Position numbers and translations under genes: made by a program. A stretch of DNA of 63,989 nucleotides, the filler included, from Rhabdomonas costata (lineage: Eukaryota), in assembly GCA_019059605.1 (NCBI GenBank). It is 20 parts of 20 records of this genome, joined end to end, with 100 filler letters (N's around TTAATTAATTAA, not from the genome) between each part and the next. Parts side by side here need not be neighbours in the genome. Positions count along the whole stretch, not along the records: positions 51,339 to 54,443 come from JAHMHO010001373.1; positions 54,544 to 57,648 come from JAHMHO010001374.1; positions 57,749 to 60,853 come from JAHMHO010001375.1; positions 60,954 to 63,989 come from JAHMHO010001486.1; 16 more parts are not named here. One strand, written 5' to 3'. How positions within the stretch are numbered: position 1 is the stretch's first letter; every line of letters begins with the position of its first letter. Positions 51,762 through 63,989 of this stretch are shown piece by piece. Below the pieces are notes generated by a model. That model did no database searches. It saw only the letters and a list, made by a program, of their open reading frames with translations, and was not told the origin of the DNA.

Positions 51762-52225
51762 CGAAAATCAAAGTGGACTTCTTGTCATAGTCCGTCTTCA
51801 CATCGGGCCAGAAGGTGGCCCGGAAGGCGTCAACCATCTTGGCGGCCACCCCAAGCTCTTTCAGTTTCTTGCCCGCCCGAGGGTGGATCTATAGCCGAAC
51901 GTAGATTGTGCATGATTGTGCGTCCCCAGAGACCAGCAAGGGAAGTGAAAGGCAAAGGATACTCCCAAAACAAAGGTGGGTTTGCCATGACGAACACGAA
52001 GGCAGAAAACTGATGTCCGAGCGAAGCTTCCTGCCATCATACCTCATCGTTGCGGTAGGTTGTTCCCGTCGAGCAGATCGTCTTGAAGGGGATGCCCAGG
52101 TGCCGGGCGTAGAGGTCGGCAAAGGCGGAGCGGATAATGTTCCCCGAGCACACAAACATCACCGTGTCACACTCCCGAATCGCTTGCAGAAGCTCTGGGG
52201 AAACCGCTGGGGTCCCGGCTGCCAT
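51762..52225 (-). CDS. Low-molecular-weight protein tyrosine phosphatase/ArsC-family protein, 5' exons 52225-52043 and 51888-~51762
   Basis: TVMFVCSGNIIRSAFAD (P-loop CxxNxxRS), ICSTGT and |IHPRAGKKLKELGV, joined by a phase-0 GT-AG intron. Confidence 0.8.
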
Positions 52226-54559
52226 CCTCACACCCACGTCGATTGGCACAATCGGTCCGGAACAAAAACAGCAAAGAAACAAGTCCTTTAAAGTCCTGGC
52301 TGTCAGCGAAAGAACATTCATTGTCACGATTGGAAAGGAGCTGCCGCTGCGCTTGCTTCAAGTCGGCTCTTGCACTGGATGCTGCACAAAGACAGGCATG
52401 AAAGCTTCAATGGAAGAACTTGCCCACCACTGGAGCAGTCACTCGACATTGAAAAAATTATCGCGGGATTCCCCTGAACACTATTCGGGAAGTTTCACAA
52501 GGTGCATAATGGCCAACTTCGGCACTTCAGCAATTATTCTTCAAAGCCACCCTTTAGTGCTCCACTTGAGACTAAAACGAGGTCAACAGACAGGACACGG
52601 GTACAATCCTGTAAGAAGTACAATGCTCCCGCAGGGGTCGCGCGGGAGCCAGTCCACACGAACAACATGGCGGATCCGAGGAACGGCCTCCGAAAAGACA
52701 TTAAACATGGAATGCATTGAAAAATTGGATTACGGAAATACAACGGAGAGCATGTCCCAGCCAAGAGGAAATGCTAAGCAGCGGTTAGGATCACCGAAGC
52801 TGAAACTTGCGGCGGTACTCACTAAGCAGGAGTGGAAAGACCGTTTTCATAAGGGCACTCCGGGAGAGCAAGAAGGGCTTGATCTCCGTCCAACTCACTT
52901 GCGCACCTGAAGCAAGAAAAGAACAGAAAAATGGCGGACGGAGAATCCCAACTCCACCTCTTCCACCTCTTGGGGATGTTGAGAATACTCATTAACGACG
53001 TATTCGTTCGTTCGACAGGGACATTGTATATGTTCCGCAGGGTGTTTGCTTCCTGGGGTTGACTTGCTTCTGATTGCCATTCGTCATCGCAAGCTCGTCC
53101 ACTGGGATGGAGATGGAAAGCGAGGGACACGCACAGAGAGAAAGGGACACCTCCGGCCTCCCTCCTTAGGCTTTCCGCAATGTGGCGCACAGTGCTTAAA
53201 GGGAGGTCGGGCCAGGGGACGACGGAGTCTCGGGCCGTTCCGGTGTACAGCTTCGCCCCCGAGGGCGGCAAGACCTGCACGACGCGTTCGTATGTGTGTG
53301 TGTTGTCGTGTGGGTGAGCATGTAATGCCCAGAAGTACAACCAAATGAAGCTTTGAGAAGCCTAAATGCCACTTTTGCAGAAAGTATCAAATCATGCGTG
53401 CGTGCGCGTGCGCGCTGGTGTAACCTCTGAGCTCATTGCTTCAGCCGCTATCCCTTCTTTAAGTGATGCTTCTTTGAGTCTGGGACATACAACAAAGCAA
53501 CCTCCGCCCACAGACCGTTTGGTGCGAAGATGCGGACAAAAGAAAACAGAACTAAAACGTTTGAACAACTCTGCTCAGCCCCAGTCGTGAATAGCACAAA
53601 GGGTCTGTACCGTGATATCTGCGAGGGCGCAATACAGCAGCTGCAAGCACCGCTGGAAGAGCACCTCGTCGAACATAAGGTACTGCAGAAAAGGGGCAAA
53701 GGGCATGAACCCCCTGCCAGCTCCCAAACCCGAGCAAGCCGGTGGCACCTTTGACCAAATTTCATTTGCACTCAGTCGTGGGGGGTGCTGTAGTTGCGGA
53801 ATGTGTGTGGGCTCCCCGTTTCTCCCTGCACTTGTGGCGGTGCAGGTGCAGGTTGCTGTGCTGGAAGCAGGGTGTCAGAACTAAAGTGGATAGTGAGCAA
53901 AGCAAACAGAAAACCGAAGTAACGTTATTGCAAAGTCACCTTCCTGCGTTTTCACCCTGCAGATTTAGTACCTGACAAAGCTTTGCTATTGTTCGGCTTC
54001 TTTGGGGTTATGTAAAAGCTGTATAAGCAAACCTGCCTCTCAATATGCCCGCAGAACTCTGTCTACAGCCCCAAGATTTTCGCTTCGGGCTTTATGTTCA
54101 CGTAACTGAGGGTCCGGACGATGGGGAGGAGGAGGGTGTTAAAAGGCAAGGTGAAGTAAAGTATACGCCCCCCACCTCTCTTTCTCTCAATGGGCCGGAT
54201 TTTCTGCGGCAACGTGTTCCATCGAAACACAGGAGAAAGGAAAGCCCTGCAGATGGGAATTGGGAGGGAAGTAAGGAGGTAGAAACCTGCTTGAGGCCAA
54301 GTAGGAGCTCATGCGGATCAACGTAACCTAAAAGGAAGAAACGGTCGGGCAACAAAACGACGCACCGACGCAGGCAGCTGTTCGGAAGCTGATTCTTCAC
54401 ATATAGCGCCAGGACAAGAAGGCTTCTCATTATACAAAAAAACNNNNNNNNNNNNNNNNNNNNNNNNNNNNNNNNNNNNNNNNNNNNTTAATTAATTAAN
54501 NNNNNNNNNNNNNNNNNNNNNNNNNNNNNNNNNNNNNNNNNNNTTGTGGCAGCTGTACC

Positions 54560-56041
54560 CGTGCTCCGCGGGGTACAGCTGCCAGAACCGCACGGTGGAT
54601 AAGCAGGCGCCGTGCCTGCCTGGTATTCAATTGCTTGTGGCTTGAAACCACTTTACGCCCTCCATTCCCCTCTTCTGCAGTCTGTTCAGAACCTTGACCT
54701 TTGTTTTTCTTTAACAGCTGTTCGCTGATGCATGGCTTATTTTCACCTCTCTTGTGGCGCCGGTGTGGCTTTGCACAGCTTTGGGTGATGTGTGTCGCCT
54801 GAAACAATGGCGGCTACCCATGTGTGCTGGACTGGACTGGAATGGATTGCCGGTTGTTGGTGTACGTGCACGGAGGTGGCACTGGGATGGATGTGCGACT
54901 GCAAAGCCTGGACCACAAAGGATCCACGTCCACGGACTTCACCTTCTGGTTACGCGATGGAGGACAGTAATACACAAAGAAGAGCCTTCGGTGGACTTGA
55001 TTCCGAGAGTTGTGACTATTTTTCTCTTTGTGATGGTGTCGTGTAGAGCACAGCTTCGGATGCTTTTTTTGCGGGCTTTCAGGCACCTACGCGGACACCG
55101 GGCAGGGTGTGTGCACGACATGCCCAGCGGGGTCCGCCTGCCCGTCAACGAACGACAGCCTTCTGATATACCCGTGCCCCCTGGGAAAGTACTCCACCGC
55201 GGGGCAGGTGAACTGCACCAACTGCTCCGCGGGGTACGGCTGTGTAAACCGCACGCAGGACAAACAGACACTCTGCCTTTCAGGTTGGTGCTCTGCTGTG
55301 GTGTGGTGTGCTGTGGTGGGCTTTGCGGAGAGCAGAAGTTTGCTTGGACAGAGAAGTGGGATTTTTGCTTTGTGTGTGTTTCTGTAAGGTTATAGGTACA
55401 TGGCACCAACAGTGAATAAGCAGGAGTTGTGCCCGTGCTCATTATTCAGTTTCACGTCGGGTTAATGCAATGGGGGGCGTTAATCATGTTGTTTGGATTT
55501 TTGTACCGTTTATGGGTGTCAAATGGTGTTACGCTTTGAACCTTTTAAAAACGAGTAACGCATCTCCCCAACCACCCCCGCGCCGAGCTTTTTCCCTTTA
55601 ACACGTTTTTTTTGGCGCTGATTAGAAGCTGTGTTCTGCGGTGCCCTACAGTGCTTGGTGGATTTACGCGAAAAAAAATAACCTTCATTTTGGCAAGTTC
55701 CGTGCTCCCTTCTTCCGCCACGAACTCCAGCGCCCCTCTTATCGGTTTCGATTTTGTTCCGCCGCTGTACGGCTGCGCTGCGTTTGCCTTCCGTGCTGTT
55801 GTTCGGCCCTTTATTGGTGCACCCCCCCCCGTGCTCCCAACAGGAACTTTTGCCGACTTGGGGCAAGGATACTGTCAGTCTTGCCCTGCGGGATCTGCCT
55901 GTCCGTCCACCACGAACAGCGCCGCAGCCTACCTGTGCCCTCAAGGGACCTACTCTGTAGGGGGGCAGGCCAGCTGCACGACCTGCCCGGCCGGGTTTGA
56001 GTGCCTGAACCGCAGCGCTTCCCCTATCCAGTGCTCCGCAG
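54560..56041 (+). CDS. Cys-rich repeat (GCC2/GCC3, ephrin-receptor-like) surface protein; exons ~54560-54622, 55083-55283, 55844-56041
   Basis: Repeated GTYA..GQG.C..CPAGSACPST....CP.G.YS..GQ..CT.C.AG+.C.NR modules, each on a symmetric phase-1 exon (201 and 198 nt). Confidence 0.88.
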
Positions 56042-56258
56042 GTTTGGCACCTCCAGACAACACTTGAAAATGAAATAAGTGGCCTTTCAAATAGGGCACT
56101 TCAAACGAAAGAAGGGGAAGGTGCATCATCATCTCCATAAGCGAAGTAAAACAGGATGATGTATCCTCCTTCCTCACGGGTGTTTGGGTGGCGGTTCTTT
56201 CCTCCTCCAAGGTGGGACTTTCTCTGAGCGAGCTCCCCCACTTATAGGCTGCTGCTCC

Positions 56259-56441
56259 CATTGTTCTTGTTTGCTTCTCTCCGCTCTCAGAACATAGCGA
56301 TTCCCGGCACATACGGGAGGTTCCCAGTGTGGCCTCGGCCGAGGCAGCGCCTCTCTCTCTCGCTCGCTCTTCTGGCCACCGGCTCAGACCTGGTGACAAA
56401 AAACCAAAGCGCCGGAGGGAGACACCACCTCAATGATGGGC
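56259..56441. repeat. Dispersed ~190-bp repeat, copy 1 (copy 2 at 59573-59768)
   Basis: The two contigs share CATTGTT.TTGTTTGCTTCTC...CTCAGAACA...TCCCGGCA..TACGGGAGGTTCCCAGTGTGG.CTCGGC...GCAGCGC(CT)n...ACCGGCTCA.ACCTGGTGACAAAAAA...CACCACCTCAATGATGGGC. Confidence 0.92.
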
Positions 56442-58016
56442 ATTCTGTGGGTGGATCGTTACAAAAATTTCTGCTTTAGCTTTTTACATTCGATCTTGCG
56501 GCAGTCCTTCCTCTCTTCATTCCTGACTACGTTTGTGTGGTCGTCGTTTTGAATGGTTTCGAATCCCTCCTGCTTCCGGGTTTCTTTTTTTACCTCATGC
56601 TTTCTGCAGGTTTGGCAATTCCTGACAAGCTCGGAGTTCACAGAAAAAATTTCATCGGTTGTGGAGGAAAAGGTTTCTCCATAGATTCAGTCTTCAGTGG
56701 GTTGTGCAATATGCCCCAGTTCCTGTAAACCTTTTCGTTCTCTTTCATGCAGGTTGAGACAAGCGTCACAAAGACTAATGAGCATACGGACAAGCGAACT
56801 TCAGAAGTTATGGATCAGGTGAATACATGATTCAGTCCTGCCTTGTTTGCAAAGATGCTTTCTGTACACACTTCAAACTTATTTCATGGTTTTAGCTCGA
56901 GTCGATGTCACGCGGTTGTTGTGTTATTGGAACCCGATATCCTTTTCCTTGTCGCCTGACATGGCTTTTTTGTTCGGGTTTAGCCTCATTCGTGAAGAGC
57001 TTCAAAGTATATCCACCCCACCCCCGTGTGCACTGCACATTACGACGCAGATTCGATTGACCCGCCGTTACTGACGTAGGAAACGTGATTTATTTTCATC
57101 TTTGAACGTTTCGTTGCTCTTCTTGAGATAAAGTATAGTAAAACATAGCTAGTAGTATAGCTATTAATTCTAGCTTGATTTTCGGGAGAGTTACTTGTCG
57201 AAAACCAATCCTGCCTTTGACTGCGGACAGTCGCAGCATGTGTGTCCCCTTGTCTTGTCTTCGGATGTGCACCTCTCTGGTTTTCAGCTTACCAAAGCTG
57301 TCTTCAATGAGGAGCACACGGAAAAGATGTCGTCATCCTTGCAGAAAATGGTATGCTTATGTGTGCAGGTTCGGGGATTTCTGTAGGTGGATGGAGGACC
57401 CGAAACTTCTCTTCGGGCAAACGCCGTCTTTTATATTGCAGTTTCTCTTTCGTCTCAGTCAATCGCATCCGCGAGGCGAATACAAGAGCAAATGTGGCAG
57501 CAATCAGCGAAACCTGCCTGCACATGATAGCAGTGGCACAGTTGCCTTCTGCGGGGGTAGTTCTTCTCGGTCCGAAAAAATTTAGAACTGTATAAGCACA
57601 AGGGTCATCCTGTTCTTCCATCGATGTGCTCGCAAATTCAACAACAACNNNNNNNNNNNNNNNNNNNNNNNNNNNNNNNNNNNNNNNNNNNNTTAATTAA
57701 TTAANNNNNNNNNNNNNNNNNNNNNNNNNNNNNNNNNNNNNNNNNNNNTCGACCACTGTATAGTGTTTTTCCATTGATGTCTTTGTGCGGCGGAGCGGGT
57801 GACAGTGATGGAAACGTTGCCTGGGATCAGGGTGGGAGGGTGTTTTTGGCGATGGACTTCAGAAGCGGCCCAAATGTGGGAGTTACTCGGGTGCTGGAGC
57901 CCCAGTCTGATGTTTAAGATCGTTTAGCTCTGGTTCCTTTCGTTCCTTTTGTATGTAAGAATAATTTTTCCGCACAGGGGTGTTTGAAGTGTTGCTTGTG
58001 TGGGTGATCTGAGAGA

Positions 58017-59661
58017 ATGAAGCCTCCCAAGAAGAGAAGGGTTCTCTCTGCAAAGGAAAAACATCGGCGCAAGATGCTGACTGGAGATGGCCTGGTCCCT
58101 GTGTTTCGATTCTGTTCTTTTGCGCCGTGTTGCAGTTCATTGTTGAAAGTGTGCCCATCGTCCTGCGTACCTCTGAGGGTTTTGGGGGCATATTACCAGC
58201 ATTTCCTACTTTTCGGTGTCCAGTTCGAAATTTTGCATTGGAACTTCTTTCACTTCTTTCACATTTGCTCTAATTCTTTTGGGCTTTATTACACAGTGGA
58301 AGAATTTGGGTTCCACCCCCTTGTTGTCCCGCTTACCCCCGACTGCTAAATGAACAAAGGGAACCAACTGCCGCAGCTGTTTGACTGTGGTCTGCTTTCC
58401 CGATACCCACAAACATAATGAAAGAGTATGGGCACTCTGAGTTTTTGTGTGCTCTACCGCTCACGCGAAGGTTCTCCACTTGTGGGAAGAGCTGCGCAAC
58501 CGTAACACAAAGCCCCAGCGCCGACTGGAGCTTATCAACCAAATCATGCAGTCCCAGTCCGGACGGTATTTCTTGTGCAGTTTATTTCCTGGAGTTCTCT
58601 CGTGAGAAGGTGAGGGCTTTCTTCTCTGGCCTGCTGTACATACAAAATCGGCTTTGCCCTCTGTTTGACTATCTTGACATGTTTCCAACCTTAAAAGTGA
58701 GAGGTGCTAGTGCCACCAAAAATGTACCTTTGAACTTGCATGGGGTTTAGGATTGTAAAATAGTCACACTTTGTTTTCTATGGAGAAGTCGAAAGCGGCC
58801 CTGCGCTGCGCTGCGCTGCGGTAATGCACAGTGAGTAATTTGGGGACAGGTTGCCGCGTGCTAATTACCTGGCCCCGTTGGGCTTGAGGTTAGTCCAAAT
58901 TACATTTTCTGGTGTGTATCATTATTTTCCAGCCGCCATTTGCAATTAAAGAATAACGACCGGCGCGGCCCTGGGTGAGCGTCAGGTTAGCACTGTTAGC
59001 TTTTAGCTTGCGGTTCGTTCTGTGGGGGGCAAGAGACGCATAGACACCGGTGACCCTGAAAACAATTGAAAATGAGCGCACTAAACCCCTTCGTTTCGGT
59101 TCGGGACCCCTTGGCGCCCTTTTACTTGTATGGCCCTCATCCTTCTGAGGAGCGTTTATTTCACTGAAAAATAAAATATTAAGAAAAGTGAAGTTTTGAG
59201 CTCTTCGTGACTTGCTCTTTGTGTCTTCGATTCATTTAAAGGCAACGTCGTGCTAACCCTTGGCCACTCGCAGGCTTCTAGCAGGCGCGCTTCGGCCGAG
59301 CTTCTCGAGGGTGTTCCAGAGCTGTGTGAAGCACGGCCTGGCAGCTCACCACAAGGCTCTGGCAGTGGCCCTGCAGAACAAGTTGGTGGAGCTGGCACAC
59401 TACCCGCACTCATACCAGCTCGTGCTTGCCCTGCTGAAGTATCACAAGGACGCCGAGGTACTCTCCCAACCACCACCGTATTGATGACATGCATCTGACG
59501 AATGACCGGGGCACAGGTCGAAGTGTCGCTGTGCAATGTGTCTTTGCCACTGAAAAGAGTACCCCCGGCTTGCATTGTTTTTGTTTGCTTCTCCGTCTCA
59601 GAACAGAGAGACTCCCGGCAAGTACGGGAGGTTCCCAGTGTGGTCTCGGCAGGAGCAGCGC

Positions 59662-59693
<32 letters not shown>

Positions 59694-60520
59694 ACTGGCT
59701 ACCGGCTCACACCTGGTGACAAAAAAACAAAAGACCCAGAGAGAGGAGTCACCACCTCAATGATGGGCCCTCATTTGTATGTGCTGTAAAAAGAACACCA
59801 TTTCCCATTGCATTTCACCCGAATCCTGAATTTCTGACAAAATTCAGCTGAAAGGCACTGATAAGGATCAACCCTGTTGGCTTTCTTGTTGCAATGCGAT
59901 ACCCTTGAGTCCTTCTCTTCATCAATGGCAGGTCAAAGCCATTCTGCTGGATGCCCTTGTGAAGGGCGCTGACCAGCTGGCGGTGTCGAAATGCGGGGTG
60001 CTTGTGTTGGAGTGGTGTGTTCCATTCTTCACCCCCTCCCCCTCTTCCTCCTCCCGATCCTCCAACATTCACATAAATATGAGCGTTTTCTATGCCGAAT
60101 TCGTGAATGCATGGGAGTCTGTGCTCTTTCCTCAGCGCTCTTTTCCCAGTCGGCAACATCTTGCATCTGAAGTCTGGTAGAGTCCACCCTAAATGTTTGC
60201 ATTGTTCGGTGCTCGGATGCAAGGAGGGGGGATTGGGTAAAATCATCGCAGAGAAGCCGATTCTGCGTGATCACGGAAGGAAAGCAGAGAGTGAGAGGTG
60301 ATTTGAAAATGGAATTGAATGGAATTGATTGAGTAGAGAGCGAACAGAGTCATCAGGTCTGACTTTAGGCCGAGACCACAGGGTGGTTCGGTTTGTGTCA
60401 TCTGTCTCCCCGCCTGGTCTCCCCATGCGCCTGTACCGAAATCTCAGGTGCTATAGCAAGGCTTCCGTGACGGAAAAGAGGCGGTGGGTTGCCCGGATGC
60501 TGGGCCTGCAGCTGCCGGAG
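58017..60520 (+). CDS. PUM3: Nucleolar PUF protein PUM3/Puf6-like, 5' part; exons 58017-58094, 58471-58565, 59274-59457, 59932-60014, 60448-~60520
   Basis: MKPPKKRR (NLS-like)|VLHLWEELRNRNTKPQRRLELINQIM|...SRVFQSCVKHG...LVELAHYPHSYQLVLALLKY|...LAVSKCGVLVLEW|CYSKAS...R. Four in-phase GT-AG introns. Confidence 0.8.
59573..59768. repeat. Dispersed ~190-bp repeat, copy 2, inside PUM3 intron 3
   Basis: Aligns along its length with 56259-56441. The internal (CT)n tract is longer in this copy. Confidence 0.92.
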
Positions 60521-63500
60521 GTTTTTTACGGCGTCCTTGGCACGCAATGCACACGGAATCCATGCCTCACTGTTCATCCTGGACATAAGTTCAGACTGTT
60601 TCGTTGCAGATCTGCACATTCGGATTACTGCGGTCTCAATGTAACTCTCATTGGCTTCTGTCCACGTGCGGAATTCTGAGCCATACCCCAGCACTCTCCT
60701 CAGAGAGGATATCGAAGGTAATTGAACACTTATGCAGCTCTACACGACGAAGAAACGTTTTATGGAAAAGATGGGTCCATGGGTCTTTTTAAGATGGTTG
60801 AAGAATGATTCGATGCCCTCGTGGATGCTTTACGGACTGTCCCCCCCCCACACNNNNNNNNNNNNNNNNNNNNNNNNNNNNNNNNNNNNNNNNNNNNTTA
60901 ATTAATTAANNNNNNNNNNNNNNNNNNNNNNNNNNNNNNNNNNNNNNNNNNNNGTTGTTGGTGTCATGTGCTCTTAAATTATGCTTGCAGTCATGAGTTG
61001 ATATTTTGAACATACGCACTTACCTTTCGCTTGGCACATATACAATGAATTTGGTGGATCTTTTTTATTCTTGTTGTCGGTTACTTGGTATATAGGTATT
61101 AATGGTTTGGTTTTCGTGCATTCGTGGTACATGTATTTGTGGCTTTTGTGGCGCATTAATAAAGCGGAAAAAGGTGCGATTAGGCGAACCTGGTGAATAC
61201 TGGAAATCCAGTACAAGCCAAGAAACCCGTAGAAAATTGTTCATGTTGGTTCAGTGGTTCCTGCGCATGCTTTACATGAAGTGACGTTGGTAGTATCCTG
61301 GGTGACTTGGGACCGTATTAGGTTAGGATCTGCGCGCAAGGGTTACGTGCTTGATTTATGTTTAATGCTGTATATGTGTTAGTGGTTTATTATCCGGTTA
61401 TTTTGGTGATCTGTATCTTCTCGAAGGTGTTTATGGGTTGAATGCTGTATGCTATCGGCTTCTGCAAACATGAAGGTGTATCCGATTGTGCTAGACTGAG
61501 CGTTTTTATCTTTCAGTCTAACGTTTCCGAAAAGTTGAAATCTGCAAAAAGAAAAAGGATTTCGTAAATAACATCTTCCTCAACACGAGGATGATGCTTT
61601 CCCCGCTTACCGCTTTCCGGGGTGGAGACGTGGACCCAAATGGCAGCATATCTGGTGACATAATTTCGCATCGCAGGCCCAACTTTACTCTGAGAGTTTT
61701 TTTTCCTAGAATCGCATTGGTATTTTGCGTTCGACTTCAATTTTTTGAAAGTTAACTTTGATTCAATAGGACACCCCAGCTATGGATGAACTATGAAAGC
61801 GATTTTGCCGTGGTAGTGCCTGCTTTTTCTTGGATAGTCTTTCCCCCCTGTGTAGAATCGCACGTCTTGTTGTCTGGTTTCCCGGTTATTAGCGTTTTTG
61901 GCCTTTACATTCCCCCTATGTTTTCTAGTCCGTTGCCTCACAAAGCACCACACCCCCCATCTATTGGCGGACATGAAAACACAACGCTTTACAACGCTTT
62001 ATGGCTTGCCATGGGATTTTTATGTCGCGGAAAAAAGGGGTTCCGTAAAACAGAACGTCCCCGCGCAAACGGGTTCTAGAAGAGAAAGGTTCAAAACGGA
62101 ACGGGGGCACGAAAGAGCGCATCAGAAAAGAGCTCGGGAAGTACAGTTTCTGGGGGAAATGTAAAAATAACCCTTTAAACGTAAATCAGGCCGGCACGGC
62201 GGATCGCGCACGAACAAAATAACGAACAAGAAGCCGCGAGCGCAGCAAAAGGGCACACAGAAAAGCCAAAGACGATGCAGAAAACCAAAGTAAATAGGTT
62301 CGGCATGCCGGCTTCTAACCCCGATCGACATCCAGGCGCAATAATGCAGGAAGCCGCAACCCGACACATTGCGATAAACGCGCGCGCTTGGTGGACGCGG
62401 TAAGCCAGTGGGGTGGAAGGAAATGACGTCCAAGCGTCTGCATGTGCTATATAGGCGGCTCGTGTATCTTGCTAAGGTGGGTGTGCCCGAAGCAATCACC
62501 ACATACCGCGGTTTAGTCTTGGAATGAAGCAACGGCACACGCTTTGTAGTAAGCTCTGTTGTTGGCACTCCCCCCCATTCCACATTTAACAATTCTCCAC
62601 TTTCACGTTGTAAATTTGGAGGGGCGGGCACTACCTAAACGAGCCGACGTGAAGTGGACAAGATTGAACAGGTTGAACAGTGAACATAGTTAACCCCTTC
62701 GTTTCGTTTCGTTTGCGCCCGGCGCGCTTGGGACGTTTCTCAGCAGCAGACACCGCCGGAGGAGCGAAATCCAAAACAGGCTCACAAAGCACCACGAATG
62801 CCACCTGTTCACTCGCACAGGCAGAGCACACAAGAGACGGAGGGACTATGAACACGGCCACTGCACGCATCCGCAGCAAGAAAGAGCAAGAAAAGATGCA
62901 AAGAAATGTTGACCCCTTAGCGCCAGTGGGGGAGGAGGGAGTATATGAGACAGGAACCAGGCACGCTTTGCTTCATGCAAAGCGCAGGAGGACCCTCGAC
63001 AGCGGCACTGGGGTGGATGCATCCTGAAGCAAAACACCGAAAATAAGCAATGGAGTCTTCGCGCCCTTGCGCGTGTGCAAAATCGAAGACAATCACACAA
63101 TTCAGATAGTGCGTCAAGTGTATCAGGTTGTTTTTTCAAGCAGGGAAAATAATTATCCAATAATTATCAACAAAAACCATGGCGTTCATAGTGTGTTCTC
63201 GCCCCACCCGGGCGCCCGACTTCAGTTGAATCGGAGGGCGTAAATAACGCTGACCATCGTGTGTCACTTGACGTCCACGAAAAAGAACACCACTGGAACA
63301 GAACGTTGCCTCTCAAGACTGGAACACTTCAAGTGAAGCTCGACGAATAAGAAACACCGTGAGCCCGCATGGTCTCAGTGAATGCCAGAGTTAGTGCACT
63401 TCCCATCTAATCTGAAAAGTGAGGGAATACAAGTGAGCTATGCACCAAGTATATGTCAATCTTCTATCTTCATTCATTCAATTCAATTGCACGTCAAACG

Positions 63501-63989
63501 AAGGTATCTGACACGAAAGCGAGTGCCGAGACACACCCTCCCACAGCCGCAGCACCCAAAAGGCGCACCAGGGCCCCGCCGTGTGGCCGAGTTTCAGGCC
63601 AAGGGCGGGGGAGGGTTGCACCGATCCTGGCTGTGCCTCCTCTGAGACAAAGCGACAAAGCGTAAATCCGACAGTGCACAAAACAGTTCGACAGGCACAC
63701 GGCCGGCCCGAGCAAAATGCGGGCATGCCGTTAACACATATCTGTACAGAGATGGCAACGCAACCGCACACCTGCCTCGAATTGCCTCAGTGGCAGCCCG
63801 CACATAAATAAGCAAACCATAGTTGCACCCACATGGCCTTGGGTTTTCATGGGAGAGCTGGAAAAATGAGTACTTTGAGACTTTCATAAAAAAAGGGATT
63901 TTGTCTTTGAAATGCCTACAACCTGACAAGTTAGCAAGGCCTCATAGCAGACTCGAAGGGGACTCTTTCTGCACTCACACCACACCCCC

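Noticed and set aside
52137..52910. 257-aa plus-strand ORF
   Set aside because: Overlaps the LMW-PTP first exon on the opposite strand and has no recognisable domain.
3112..60953. Regularly spaced TTAATTAATTAA motif as a biological repeat or CRISPR-like array
   Set aside because: Always embedded in N-runs with a fixed total length of 100 bp; it is an assembly linker.
1..63989. A multi-gene operon-like or defence system spanning the window
   Set aside because: Neighbouring contigs are unlinked and roughly ordered by length, so cross-spacer gene neighbourhoods carry no information.

Overview
This is not one continuous locus. It is about 20 unrelated ~3.1-kb eukaryotic contigs, roughly sorted by length and joined by an artificial 100-bp spacer (N44-TTAATTAATTAA-N44), so nothing can be inferred about linkage across spacers. 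Contig termini show G/T-only tails and fold-back hairpins that suggest whole-genome-amplified or single-cell DNA. The organism has short exons and spliceosomal introns, mostly GT-AG with a few candidate GC-AG. A euglenozoan-like protist is my inference, from the receptor-cyclase-type sensor gene, the tryparedoxin/nucleoredoxin-like gene and the CRE/SLACS-type retroelements. Partial genes spliced by hand: a PDR/ABCG transporter, CCDC97, PUM3/Puf6, a Tudor-SN-like nuclease, mevalonate kinase, a nucleoredoxin-like protein with an SxxC site, a GH51 arabinofuranosidase, a calcyphosin-like protein, a CBS-domain protein, an LMW-PTP, a Cys-rich surface protein, a receptor/HAMP-like protein and an F-box-like protein, plus an RCC1 pseudogene. 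Decayed transposons include hAT, Merlin, CRE-clade LINE, DIRS-like and a gypsy-type integrase. The most novel-looking signals are an integrase bracketed by inverted repeats (possible Ginger-like element), a dispersed ~190-bp intronic repeat with 5S-like motifs, and the recurrent AG|GCA donors. I see no CRISPR array, intact rRNA or tRNA gene, or clearly new multi-gene system.
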